In this document: positions 25,135 to 35,600 of the stretch, in pieces
Layout of the letters: each line of letters opens with the position of its first letter
How positions within the stretch are numbered: the first letter of the stretch is position 1
Virus record (IMG/VR): IMGVR_UViG_3300044711_000071
Location: 1 to 36,991 of that record
Origin: a virus
Lineage: Duplodnaviria > Caudoviricetes
Length of the DNA: 36,991 bases
Direction: 5' to 3' (one strand)
Position numbers and translations under genes: made by a program
The notes under the pieces: generated by a model
Told to the model about the DNA's origin: nothing
The model's input: the letters and a program-made list of their open reading frames with translations, nothing else
Databases searched by the model: none

Positions 25135-26424
25135 ATGGAAATTCCCGCGTCCATTCCTGGCTCTGATCCCGGCAGCGACCCAAACAAGAAGCTGACCGCG
25201 CTCGGGGTCCAGCCGGCGGCGCCGATGCCGGCCGCGGCCACCCCCGCGCAGACCGGCGTCAACCCCGGCGGCCAGGGCTACAACAGCGGCCAGGTCAACC
25301 CCGCGTTGGCCCTCGCCGCCGTCCCTCCGCCTGCTGCGGCGCCGGCGCCCGCCCTCGCTCCCACCGGTGGCACCGTCTACCGCGGCGCCGACGCTGCCAA
25401 TGCCCCGCTCGGCGGTGGCGGTGGAAACTACTACTCGTCGGTCGCGGCGCTCCAGGCCCCCGCGCCAGCGGCGCCAGCCCCCGCCACCGGCGCTCCCATC
25501 CAGATCGCCGCCGCGTCCCCGAGCGCGCTCACTGGCCATGTGAGCACCACCCCCGTGACCGGGCCGGCACCGGCGCCCGCCCCCGCTCCTGCGCCGACTT
25601 CCGCCCCCGGCACCACCACCGCGAACAGCGCCGGTACCACGAACGGCTACAACCCCCTGACCGGAGGTGTGCTTGGCGCTACCGGCGTCGGCGGTGTCGT
25701 CAACGACCTCACCGGCGGCCTCCTCCAGACCCAGCAGGCCGATCTATCGGGCGTGCACGCCGCCCAGAATGCCGACTTCGGCACGGCGCAGAACCTTGCT
25801 CAGGAGCGCTACGACTACACCCCCGGGGCCGCCCCAAGTCAGTCGGGCGTCACCCTGAGCACCGGGCAGGCCGACCAGACCCGCGCCCAGCAGCAGGACG
25901 CCCTCAAGGCTCTCGGGGCCGCCGCGGCCGGGACCGTCCCGAGCGCCGCCGAGCTCCAGTTGCGCCAGCAGGCCGCCAAAAACAACGCCATGAACCTGGG
26001 CGCCGCTCGCGCCCTCGGCGGCCGATCGGCCGGGGGTGTTGCGCGGGCGGCAACACTTGCGACCGCAGGTACCAACGCGCAGACCAATCTCGACGCCGCC
26101 CAGAACCGGGCCGCGGAGCAGGCCGTGGCGCGGCAGCAGCAGATCGCCGCTCTGACCGGCGTCCGCTCCCAGGACACCAGCCAGGCCGAGACGCAGGCTC
26201 AGCTTGACCAGGCCCGCAACGCCAACAACCTCCAGGCGCAGACCACCGCCAACGCCCAGGCCGAGGCGCAGCGGCAGGCGCTCCTGCAAGCCCAGCTGAC
26301 CGCCATGGGTCAGGGAACCACCGCCGCCGGTGCGGGCGCCACGGCGAGCGCGGCCAATGCCGCCTCCCAGAACTCCGCCAAAGGCGGGGTACTCAAGACC
26401 ATCGGCGGGGCGCTGGGTCTCTGA
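25135..26424 (+). CDS. Putative internal virion / DNA ejection protein 1
   Basis: Ala/Gln/Gly-rich, PSAAELQL motif; after the nozzle. Confidence 0.65.
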   Translation: MEIPASIPGSDPGSDPNKKLTALGVQPAAPMPAAATPAQTGVNPGGQGYNSGQVNPALALAAVPPPAAAPAPALAPTGGTVYRGADAANAPLGGGGGNYYSSVAALQAPAPAAPAPATGAPIQIAAASPSALTGHVSTTPVTGPAPAPAPAPAPTSAPGTTTANSAGTTNGYNPLTGGVLGATGVGGVVNDLTGGLLQTQQADLSGVHAAQNADFGTAQNLAQERYDYTPGAAPSQSGVTLSTGQADQTRAQQQDALKALGAAAAGTVPSAAELQLRQQAAKNNAMNLGAARALGGRSAGGVARAATLATAGTNAQTNLDAAQNRAAEQAVARQQQIAALTGVRSQDTSQAETQAQLDQARNANNLQAQTTANAQAEAQRQALLQAQLTAMGQGTTAAGAGATASAANAASQNSAKGGVLKTIGGALGL

Positions 26425-28220
26425 TGGCCATCGACCCCGTCACGGGCCTCGACGATGAGCAGATCGGCCTCGGCAATGCCGGGACCGTCGACCAGGCCGT
26501 GGGGAACTTCGCCGTCAACAACCCCGCGCCGCCGGTTGACCCCGCATTCCCTCCCGAGCCCACCGGCTTCGAACCGCCCGCGGCCGCGCCCCCGCTCCCG
26601 GTCGACCCCGCGCTGGCCGCCCCTGCGTCCACGCCGCCCGATTCCCTGCCGTCGGGACTCACCGGCGCGCCGCCTGCCGAGGCGCTGCCGCCCCCGCCGC
26701 CCTCGGCATCGGTCCCTACCCCCAATCCGGCCACGCCACCCGGCTACGACGCCTCGATCAGCCCCGAGGACAACTCCCGGGAGGCGGCGAAGCGCGGTCT
26801 CGATGAGAAGAAGGCGCAGATCGAATCGGACAACGCCGCGGCAGCTGCCGACGAGGCGAAGCGCAAGGCCGAAGAGGCGCAGGCCGCGCACGTCCAGTTT
26901 CAGGCCGACCGCCAGGAGGCGAAGGACCGCCTCGACGCCAAGACCGCAGCCTATGAGGCCGCGAACAAGCTGGTCGACCCCCGCAAAAACGTCTCGGTGA
27001 AGTCCCGCCTCGCGGTCATCTTCTCGGGCCTCGGCTCGGCCATGGCCGGCGGCCCGTACAAGAATGACGCGCTCGAGAACCTGCAGAAGTCCTGGGACGA
27101 CGACACCGAGCGCCAGAAGGCGAACATCGCCGCGCTGAAAGACTCGGTCGTCATGGCCCGCACGGGGCTCAAGGACGTGGACGAGGGGCGGCGGGAGCTC
27201 CAGGAGAGCGCCGACGCCAAGAATCTTGCCACCTACAACGCCGCGCTGAAGCAGGGTCAGAGCCAGCTCGCGAATCTCGGCATGGACCAGGCGGCGATCG
27301 ACTCAGACGCCCGTATTCAGGCGCTCAAGTCCGCGCGCGCCGCAGCCGCCGACAAGGCCGCGAAGGACCAAGACGCGCATCTCCTGAATCAGGCGCGGAT
27401 CAACGCCCTCAACGCGCAGGCCGCGAAGACCAAGGCGAAGGGAGCCGGTGGCGGCGGTGGTCCGATCTCCGTCCTCACGCAGATGAAGCAGGACGGCGCC
27501 ACCCCGGCGGACATTCAGCGCAAGGCCGAAGAGCTGCGCATCAAGCCGAAGGACTACCTGCCGGTCATCAAGGACGTGGAGGCGGGGCAGAAGCCCGGCG
27601 CCAATCCCGTCGACAAGGAAGAGGCGACGCAGATCAGGGGAGTCGACGGGGAAATCTTCGGCCACGCCCCGAACATCGGCGGCCGGCTCAACCCCGAGAT
27701 CGCCCACGCCGACACCCGCGTCGGCAACGCCAAGGCCCTGATCGGCGCCTTCCAGGAGCTCCGCGACGACGTGGCCCAGAACGGCAACAACCTAGCGCCC
27801 TTCACCGTCAAATCGCGTAACCGGTCGGCGCTCATCGCCAACATCCAGGCGGCCAAGCGGGTGGCCGAGGCCTTGCCGGCGTCCGAGGGAGGTCTGCACC
27901 TCGAGGAAGAGCAGATGCCGGGCTCTGGACAGCTGTTCGGCCTTTCGACGTCGCCCGAGCTGATCGACAAGTCGATCGCCCGCATCCGAGACAAGGTGAA
28001 CGAGCAGAATCGGGCCATGGTCCACGACTCCGCGAAGCAGGCGGCTAAGACTGCGCCGGCCGATGCCCCTAAGTCCGAGCCGGCCAAGGCGCCCGCGGCG
28101 AACGTCCCCGCCTCGACGAAGTACACCACCGCCAAGGCCATCGTGGCTCCCGGGTCAGGCGCCACCGAGACCCAGCGGAAGAACGCACAGGCGTACCTCG
28201 ATTCCGTCGGCGGGCGCTGA
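26424..28220 (+). CDS. Putative ejection protein 2
   Basis: Pro-rich N-terminus, long helical region, LAVIFSGLGSAMAGG hydrophobic segment. Confidence 0.6.
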   Translation: MAIDPVTGLDDEQIGLGNAGTVDQAVGNFAVNNPAPPVDPAFPPEPTGFEPPAAAPPLPVDPALAAPASTPPDSLPSGLTGAPPAEALPPPPPSASVPTPNPATPPGYDASISPEDNSREAAKRGLDEKKAQIESDNAAAAADEAKRKAEEAQAAHVQFQADRQEAKDRLDAKTAAYEAANKLVDPRKNVSVKSRLAVIFSGLGSAMAGGPYKNDALENLQKSWDDDTERQKANIAALKDSVVMARTGLKDVDEGRRELQESADAKNLATYNAALKQGQSQLANLGMDQAAIDSDARIQALKSARAAAADKAAKDQDAHLLNQARINALNAQAAKTKAKGAGGGGGPISVLTQMKQDGATPADIQRKAEELRIKPKDYLPVIKDVEAGQKPGANPVDKEEATQIRGVDGEIFGHAPNIGGRLNPEIAHADTRVGNAKALIGAFQELRDDVAQNGNNLAPFTVKSRNRSALIANIQAAKRVAEALPASEGGLHLEEEQMPGSGQLFGLSTSPELIDKSIARIRDKVNEQNRAMVHDSAKQAAKTAPADAPKSEPAKAPAANVPASTKYTTAKAIVAPGSGATETQRKNAQAYLDSVGGR

Positions 28221-29743
28221 TGGCTGATTTCTCCCTGTTCGACGAGCCCCAGGCGCCGGCCAAGACAGCCAAGGAACCGGCCTCGCCCGCCGCCAAGGCC
28301 GAGGCCGCGCCGCCGGCTGACTTCGCTCTCTTCGACGAGCCCCAGCACGCCGCGCCGGCGGAATCGCCATCGTTCCTGAGCCAGGTGGCGCAGCCGTTCA
28401 AGGACATCTATCACACGGCGCGCGCGGCAAACTCGGCGATCGGGAACGCGATCGTCCACCCCGTCGACACCTTCAACGCCATCCGCGCCAATCCGCTTCC
28501 CAACGCCCGAGAGGCGCTGCGGGGCGTTAATGACAACATCCCCTTTGCGAATCGAGCCGTCGAAGCTCTCGGCGGTCCCCCGGCCCAGTCTCCCGAGGAC
28601 GAAGAGCTTGCGCTCCCCGGCGCGCGCGCGGTGGGCAACTTCGCCGGTGCACCGGTTACGGGCGAGATGCTGGGCAGGATCGCCGGGAAGGTGGTGGAGA
28701 AAGCCGCCCCGGTGGTCAGGAACGCGATCAAGGGGATCGGCGAGGGAGCGGAAGCCCGCCAGATCGCCCGCACGAAAGAGGCGCTCGAGCTGAAAGCGAA
28801 CAAGGGCACCCGGGCCGGACTGAAGTCCGACGTGGTGGATACCGCGATCGCCGAGAGCCCCGAGCTTCGCAAGGCAGCCGGCAATGACGCCAAGGTTGCC
28901 GAAGTTACCGGCGGTATCAAGAGCCGAGCCGCCGCGAAGCTCAAGCCGCTCTATGAGGCGGCCGGCCCGGCCGACGAGGCCGCAGCCAAGGCGGTGGCCA
29001 ACGTGGACGCTCGGATCGCCGATCTCCGAACCGGGGACGTGAACGCCTCGGCAGCGGCCAAGAAACTCCAGGCGCTTCGCGACGAATTCAACGACCGGCT
29101 GGGGGAGCGCCAGGCCGTGAGCGCCAGCGACCTCCGCGCCGAGCAGAGCGCCTATCAGAAGAACGGCTACGCCAAGAACATCGCCGCCGATCCCGATGTC
29201 GCTGCCTCGATTCTCGCTCACCGGGAGATGTCGAAGGCTGTCGGGGATGCCGTGGTGGAGCACGTGACGGGCGTCCCGTACGCTGCTGCCAAGAAGCTGG
29301 CGGCCGAGGACCCCAACAGCATCGCCGCCAAGCTGTTCAAGGCGAACGACCAGATCAGCGCCGCGAACAAGATCGAGGCGGGGATCGCCGACCGCGCCGG
29401 CAAGGCCCAGCCCGCGCACGGGCCGATGGCCGTGGCCAAGCGGGTCGCTCACCACGCCGTCGCGCCGCTGTTCGTGGGAGCCTCGCACGGCCCCATGGCT
29501 GGCCTGGCGACCGCGGTGGGGCAAGAGGCGCTGCACGCCGCGCCCGCCGTCGCGCGGGCCGCTGCCAGCGCCGTCGACAACCGCCTCGCGGGCCTGGCGA
29601 ATCTGACGCCACCCGCCCGCGCCGCCTATGACGCGATCATCTCGGCCCAGGGCCAGAAGGTCGGCTCCAAGGTGGTCGCGGCCATCAAGGCGGGGGTGCC
29701 CCGCGCCATCGCGCTCCAGGCCGCAGCGCAGCACGCCCAGTAA
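28220..29743 (+). CDS. Putative ejection protein 3
   Basis: Ala-rich helical; duplicated ADF(S/A)LFDEPQ motif. Confidence 0.6.
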   Translation: MADFSLFDEPQAPAKTAKEPASPAAKAEAAPPADFALFDEPQHAAPAESPSFLSQVAQPFKDIYHTARAANSAIGNAIVHPVDTFNAIRANPLPNAREALRGVNDNIPFANRAVEALGGPPAQSPEDEELALPGARAVGNFAGAPVTGEMLGRIAGKVVEKAAPVVRNAIKGIGEGAEARQIARTKEALELKANKGTRAGLKSDVVDTAIAESPELRKAAGNDAKVAEVTGGIKSRAAAKLKPLYEAAGPADEAAAKAVANVDARIADLRTGDVNASAAAKKLQALRDEFNDRLGERQAVSASDLRAEQSAYQKNGYAKNIAADPDVAASILAHREMSKAVGDAVVEHVTGVPYAAAKKLAAEDPNSIAAKLFKANDQISAANKIEAGIADRAGKAQPAHGPMAVAKRVAHHAVAPLFVGASHGPMAGLATAVGQEALHAAPAVARAAASAVDNRLAGLANLTPPARAAYDAIISAQGQKVGSKVVAAIKAGVPRAIALQAAAQHAQ

Positions 29744-29758
29744 CCGGCCCCCCTGCGC
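29739..29758 (+). promoter_or_regulatory. Late motif copy 4
   Basis: AGTAACCGGCCCCCCTGCGC; core 19 nt before GTG 29764. Confidence 0.6.
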
Positions 29759-29763
29759 CGATC

Positions 29764-30564
29764 GTGCTCACCCCGCAGCAGGTAGAGGCCGTGGTGGCGG
29801 TCATCGGGATCGACAAAATCCTGGCCGCCAAGCCCACGCTGAACATCGAGCAGCTGGACCAGGCAAAGGACATGCCGCGGAAGACCCGGGCGGTGCTCCT
29901 GCGCTTCTTGTCTTCGTCGGAGCCCGGCGAGGTCCCCGATGAGCCCCCTTTCGACTACGACACCGTTTCGCAGCAGCTCTTGAACGTGGGCGAGGCGCAG
30001 ACCACCGCGCTCTACGAAGCCCTCCGCGGCCGGCTGCACGACGACGACGCCCAGGAGGTGGTGAACGCCGCCACGAGGGTGATTCTCGCGCTCAAGGCGT
30101 CCATCCCGCGGCGCGTCTACAAGAGCGTCGTGAACGAGAGCGTCATGCCGCCCGAGCCGTACGCTCTCGGCCGGTGGCAGCGCCAGTGGACGGTGGCGGT
30201 TAGGCCGCAAATCGTGCTCGACGGCCTCCTGGCCGACACCATCGACGCCGGGATGGTCTCGACGCTGCAGCAGACGTTCCCCGAGCTCTACAAAATGACA
30301 CTGGCTCAGCTCGACGACGCGATCGCCACGATGAAGACCCGGCGCGGCGACAAGTGGGACGTCCCCGAGTCTAAAAACCGGGACTTGAAGATTCTCCTCG
30401 GCGTCCCCTACCTAAATTTCGACCTTGCGGCAGCCTACGCCGCGGTCCCGGACCCGACGGCCGAGCAGCAGAAGCAGGGCGGACCCCCGCCGATTCCGCT
30501 GAGCCAGGCCAAGCCCGACGACAAGCAGAGCCCCGAAGAGCTCCCCGGGCAGGCCGCAGCCTAA
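29764..30564 (+). CDS. Hypothetical virion-associated protein
   Basis: Helical 266 aa protein within the late operon. Confidence 0.6.
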   Translation: MLTPQQVEAVVAVIGIDKILAAKPTLNIEQLDQAKDMPRKTRAVLLRFLSSSEPGEVPDEPPFDYDTVSQQLLNVGEAQTTALYEALRGRLHDDDAQEVVNAATRVILALKASIPRRVYKSVVNESVMPPEPYALGRWQRQWTVAVRPQIVLDGLLADTIDAGMVSTLQQTFPELYKMTLAQLDDAIATMKTRRGDKWDVPESKNRDLKILLGVPYLNFDLAAAYAAVPDPTAEQQKQGGPPPIPLSQAKPDDKQSPEELPGQAAA

Positions 30565-30579
30565 GCGGCCCCCGGGCGC
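30560..30579 (+). promoter_or_regulatory. Late motif copy 5
   Basis: CCTAAGCGGCCCCCGGGCGC; the downstream gene has its own GAGG RBS. Confidence 0.5.
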
Positions 30580-30624
30580 CTTCGTGATAGCCGGGCACAT
30601 CCGGCGAACTCGAAAAGAGGTCAC

Positions 30625-31032
30625 ATGTCCGTTAAGCCGGTAGCCGTTTTTAAGCCGTTCTACATCTCCGCGGGAGATGGGTCCGCCGACATCACCGGCG
30701 ACTGGCTGTTCATCGAGGATTTCGAGAACATCGGCTTTCAGGCCAAATGGGCCGTGAACGTCGTAGGATCGTTCGTCTTCGAGGTCTCGAACGACGACAA
30801 GGCGCCCCCCGGTGAGAACGCGGGCCCGGTGGCCCCCAGCGGACGCCTTGGAGCCTCGGCGCTCACGCTGCCCGCCTCGATGACAGTGGCCGCCGCGGTC
30901 CCCGCGGGCACGGCTGGCAACTTCTACTTCGGGTTCAACCAGATCGAAGCGCGCTGGATGCGCATGTCATTCACCCACACGGGTGGATCGAGTGGCCTCG
31001 TCAACGTCGGCGCAAGCCTGAAGGGCCTGTGA
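30625..31032 (+). CDS. Beta-sandwich virion protein
   Basis: FEVSND...ARWMRMSFT pattern typical of small phage structural proteins. Confidence 0.6.
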   Translation: MSVKPVAVFKPFYISAGDGSADITGDWLFIEDFENIGFQAKWAVNVVGSFVFEVSNDDKAPPGENAGPVAPSGRLGASALTLPASMTVAAAVPAGTAGNFYFGFNQIEARWMRMSFTHTGGSSGLVNVGASLKGL

Positions 31033-31733
31033 TGAGCCTCATCGCTGAAATCGTCTCGGGATCCTTCGTCGACTTCACGGCGGTTGACGTCTCCAACTTC
31101 CGGGTGGGGACCACGCTGTCGGACGTCCTCCTCGGGAACGTGTTCACGCTGGCGGTGAGTTCCGCTGCGGTGGACCACGTCACTGTAGAGTCGGTGGCAG
31201 GACACCCGGAGCTACGATGGCTGATTCAGACGGTTCCCGGCACGTTGACCGCGGCGCAGCTCACCGCGCTGATCAATCCAGCCACGGCATCGCTTAAGGG
31301 AGCCATGTCGGCTGCCCAGTTCACCCAGTTGAATCACTTCATGGTCATCGAGACGCCCGTGATTGATCTGACCCAAACGGGGGCAACCGCGTTTCTCGTC
31401 CCCGCGCTTCCAGCTGGGCTGTTCCCGATGGCGATCATCCTGAAGGGCTTCCTCGTGAGCGGGGCGGGGACTCAGACCACGTCGCCCACCATCTCGTTTG
31501 GGCAGAACTCGCCGACGTTCAACAATTGGCTGACCGCCACAGCGTTCAGCACGGCGACGGCGCAGAGTAACGTGCCTGCCCCATTCATCACCACCAACGG
31601 GGCCACCGCGCCATATCTCGATCTACTCGCCAATCCGCCGTCTGCAAACGTCACGGTGGCGGCGGTGGGTACGGGCGGATTCGCGGCACGCGCGAAGCTG
31701 GCGGCATGGGTCTGGTTCTCGACGCTGACTTAG
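31032..31733 (+). CDS. Putative tail-associated/receptor-binding protein
   Basis: N-terminal ~64 aa similar to the N-terminus of 32646..35663. Confidence 0.6.
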   Translation: MSLIAEIVSGSFVDFTAVDVSNFRVGTTLSDVLLGNVFTLAVSSAAVDHVTVESVAGHPELRWLIQTVPGTLTAAQLTALINPATASLKGAMSAAQFTQLNHFMVIETPVIDLTQTGATAFLVPALPAGLFPMAIILKGFLVSGAGTQTTSPTISFGQNSPTFNNWLTATAFSTATAQSNVPAPFITTNGATAPYLDLLANPPSANVTVAAVGTGGFAARAKLAAWVWFSTLT

Positions 31734-31868
31734 CCCATGCCGAACTTCGACCCCGCGCAGCGGTTCTCGCGACAAGGTACCTGGGTAACGTACTTTCTAA
31801 TCCCAGTCTAGCGACGGCATGCGGCGCACCGGATACATAGTCACCTCCCTGCTGACCGGGGCCGCGCC

Positions 31869-32645
31869 ATGAGCTCCGGCTCATACCGCCAAGGCTACCG
31901 CGGAGGGTACCGCGGGCAGGGCTATGCCGCTGGCTATCCTCCGGGCGGTGTCACGGCCCCGCCGCTCACCGGCCTCAAGCAGTGGCACGCGGCGGACAGG
32001 GGCGTCACGCTGGTGTCGTCGAAGGTCTCCGCCTGGGCCGATCAGTCGGGCAACGGCTTCGACCTCGCCCAGTCGACGTCAGGACTGCGGCCAACGTTCA
32101 ACGCATCGTCCATCAACGGACTTCCGGGCTTCACGTACGCCAGCGCGTACCTCACGCGGGCCGCGTCTCCGTTGACCACCGGCGCCCACGCGCGCAGCAT
32201 GTTCATCGTCTGCAAGTCCGCCAGCGCGCATGGCGGTACGCTCGCCTGCATCGGACAGGGCGGCGGATGGTTCGGGCCGACGGCATACCAGTTCGGGGCA
32301 TCCATGAGCGTGCTACTAACGCCCGCCGGCTTCGCCACGACGGCAGTTCCTGATACCACGGCCTATGCAGCGATTCCGTTGGTGATCGAGGTGTACTGGT
32401 CCGGATCGGGGCAGGCCACCTACTTCATGAACGCCACCAGCATCGCGCTGGCGGGCTCGAGTCCAAGCGCTGACTCGTCGGACTTCTTCTCCATCGGCAA
32501 CTACGAGAATTCGGGGCCCGGCGCGCTCCCGTTCGTCGGCGACATCAACGAGGTGCTGACCTTCGACCATGTTTTAAGCGCGGGCGACAAGGCCGTGACG
32601 CGCGGATATCTCCAAGGTCGTTACGGCATCGCACTGGGGGCGTAA
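31869..32645 (+). CDS. LamG/concanavalin A-like lectin-domain virion protein
   Basis: WHAADRGV...VSAWADQSGNG...RP...INGLPG...FVGDINEVLTFDHVLS...YLQGRYGI. Confidence 0.75.
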   Translation: MSSGSYRQGYRGGYRGQGYAAGYPPGGVTAPPLTGLKQWHAADRGVTLVSSKVSAWADQSGNGFDLAQSTSGLRPTFNASSINGLPGFTYASAYLTRAASPLTTGAHARSMFIVCKSASAHGGTLACIGQGGGWFGPTAYQFGASMSVLLTPAGFATTAVPDTTAYAAIPLVIEVYWSGSGQATYFMNATSIALAGSSPSADSSDFFSIGNYENSGPGALPFVGDINEVLTFDHVLSAGDKAVTRGYLQGRYGIALGA

Positions 32646-35600
32646 ATGCCAATTCTCCAAGACATAGCCCGCAACACCTTCGTTGACTTCAGGGCCATCG
32701 ACGTCACCGAGCTCAATCTCGGGTATCAGGTCATCGACCAGCCTACCGATGAATTTTGGGTCCTCGCGGCCAGCGATTCGGCCGTCGACCACACCACCGT
32801 CGAGGAGGTCCGTGGACGCCCAGACCTTCGATGGCTGGCAACGGGGCAATTCGCGGGCGTTCCCGTGGCGGGAGGCATCTGGCGAAACCCGCTCACGCAG
32901 TACGTCTCCCCCACCGGGGACGATAGTCAAGACGGCCTCGGCTGGCCCACGGCGAAGAAGTATCTGGCTACCGCCGTCGCCGCCGTCATTGACGCCGGGG
33001 GCGGGGAGGTTCATTTCGCGCAGGGTACATCGACGCAGGCGGATCGCCAGGGGCTCTGGCTGCGCGACGACGGGGTTACGGTGCCTGGATGGTTCTCCAC
33101 GCTGGCGCCGATCAAGTTCGTCGGATACGGAAGCGCGATCTCTCCCTTCGGCTATACGCCGTGCGGCGGATTGGTCGGCGGCGCTACGTACACGCAGGGG
33201 CGGTTCAACCCTTCATTGTGGATTTGCTCGTCGCGGCGCAACGTCCTCGCGTTCGATAGCGTTGGATTTGGGGCGGCCCCGAGCGACCCGAGCATTTTGA
33301 GCTCGTCAAGTACGGCGGTCCGACTCGGCTGGGACTACCAGCGCGGCGCCGACTTCGCGCCGAAGTTTCAGAGCATCACATCATGGGCGCGCGTGACCTC
33401 TGGGTCGCCCCCCGGCGTCGCAACGCTCGCTGTGACCGCTTCGACGTTCCCGGTGGTATCCATGTCCCGGCTCTCCGGCGTCGTCACGGTCAACTTCACG
33501 AACACCGATCCGGTGGCGTGCTGGCAGGGAGGCACCCCGGGGACCACGTTCGACATCGCCGGAACGCCGGGCGGATTCCCGGCCGGGACGTTCACGGTGG
33601 ACACGCTGATCTCGGGCACGTCATTCCAGTACACCCAGGCTGGCGCTGACATTCCGCTGGCCGCAGCTACCGGGACGATCACGTCGACCAACTGCAAGGC
33701 CGACGACCGGATCGAGGTGGTATCCACGGACAGCGAAGTCCCGTCGACCACGTACAAGGTGACCTCGGTTCCCAATGGTCATACGCTGGTGGTAATTGAC
33801 TACTACGGCCAGGGCGGGCGCACACCGACGGTCACCGTGCCCAATCCTGGGGCGCTCGTGCTGCAAGACCGCAGCTTCCGCCAGTCCATCGCACTAACCA
33901 GCTTTGTCCGGTGCCAGGCGGAGCAGCTCAACGTACCCGACTCGGGCGCGTTTACCGGAGAGCTCGGCCCGACGGTCGACGTCGGTTCAATGACCGACGG
34001 CCGGCTGGTATTCCGCGAGATTTGCATCGGAGGCGGCGGGCCAAACACTGGCAGCGGCGTCAACGTCCTCGACCCCGATCGAAGCGCATGGATGCTCAGC
34101 GACGGCGGCGGTGCGGGCGGAGGGAATAGCTTCTTCGTCAAGCACGCGAGGCCCGTGGGCGGCGGTATCCGCGTCTGGACCGACGGAACGTCCGTCGATG
34201 TCGACGACGTGCAGGCGGATATCGGAGTTCCGTTGATCCCGCCTCCGATCGTGGAGTTCTGCGGAACCGCGCCGCAGCCGCACTCCCTGTTAGTCGCTAC
34301 CAGGTCATTCCAGACCGATCGTGGCACCGTGTTGGACCCGGACTTCGTGTGCGACAAGCTGTTACCGGCGAACGTGTACGTCATGGACGCCGAGATCGTC
34401 AACGGTCCGGGTACCGTCGTGTCGGGAGAGACCGCCCTCGGATGGAGTAGCAACCGGATTAAGTCGCCGCTTCAGTTGGCGCAGGCGGGATATTGGGCAG
34501 ATCGACGCATCGCCGGCCAGCATCCCTCGAACTACCGTTCCCTCGGCCTCTTGCAGGCTGCGCGCTACAAGAATCTCGTCACCCAGGACCCTGCCGGCTG
34601 GACGCATCTCGGCACCACCTTGACGGCCGGCCAGGCCGACCCATTTCGCGGTACCGCCGCCATTCGCCTTGACAGTCTGATCCCAGGCGTTGGCATGTCC
34701 GTGACGCTTGCGACCGCTGACGTGGCCACTCGTGCCGTCGGGGATCGCTGGGCGTTCGGCTGCTGGGTGCGAGGTGATACCGCGCTGCGTGGCGCGAGCA
34801 CCGTCAATGGCGTCCTGGTGCTGTCATACGATCATGGGACATCCAACGGGCCGTTTACGACCTACGACGGCAATCAGATCACGGCCTCCACTCCGTTCGC
34901 GTTCGCGAAGAATGTTCCCTTCCTCGGCGACGGTGAATGGCAGTGGTGCTCTTGCTCCGGCACTCTCGCCACCGTCGACAACGCATCCGCGGTCAGCAAT
35001 GCGCTGGTCCAGTACACGGATGCGATGACCATCTATCGACCGACGCTGGTCAAGGTCCCCGTCGGCGACATGACCGACGATGAATTCGCCGAGTTTGTCC
35101 TCACGTTGCGGCACCAGTCGGACTATCTCGAGCCGCACACGGTCGGGACGGACAACGGCGTCCCTTTTATCGGCCATGGCGGGCTCGGTGTTGATTCGTC
35201 CGTCCTGGTCAACCCCAGTGGCGCGCCCGGCAGCCTGACTAAGCTGCTGCCGGTACTTGACTCCGACGGCTCGACCATCTCCGGGTATGCCCCGGTGTAT
35301 CCCCTGGGCGGCCCAAGGACCACGGCAGCGCAGACCAGTGGCATGGCGTTTGGGTCGAACATCACCGACGCCAGCGCCACGATTAACCCCGGCTCGGCCG
35401 CTGCCAGTGCGTACCTGGCCGCCGCTGCTACGTTTACTGCCAACCGCAGCACCACAGTCGGCACGACCGGTGCATTCGCTGGGCTTACCGTGACCTTCTT
35501 CCGGTACGACCTTACCGCGCATACCTGGGCGCTCATCAACGGCGGACCAGGGGCGGGGACGCTCTTTACGTTCGCGTCTGGCCCCGTGGCACCACAGGCC

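Noticed and set aside
24957-25164. Peptide PASIPGS in both the nozzle C-terminus and the next protein's N-terminus
   Set aside because: Short, low-complexity and encoded with different codons; cannot be distinguished from chance.
25135-26760. Pro/Ala-rich DNA repeats
   Set aside because: Explained by low-complexity linkers in the ejection proteins.
17880-29734. Long minus-strand ORFs (e.g. 17880-19475, 27554-29734)
   Set aside because: Shadow ORFs opposite well-supported GC-rich structural genes; composition is typical of antisense reading.
15437-30579. Late motif interpreted as a sigma54 or ECF promoter
   Set aside because: GG-N10-GC spacing is not met, and an ECF -10 element would fall on the start codon.
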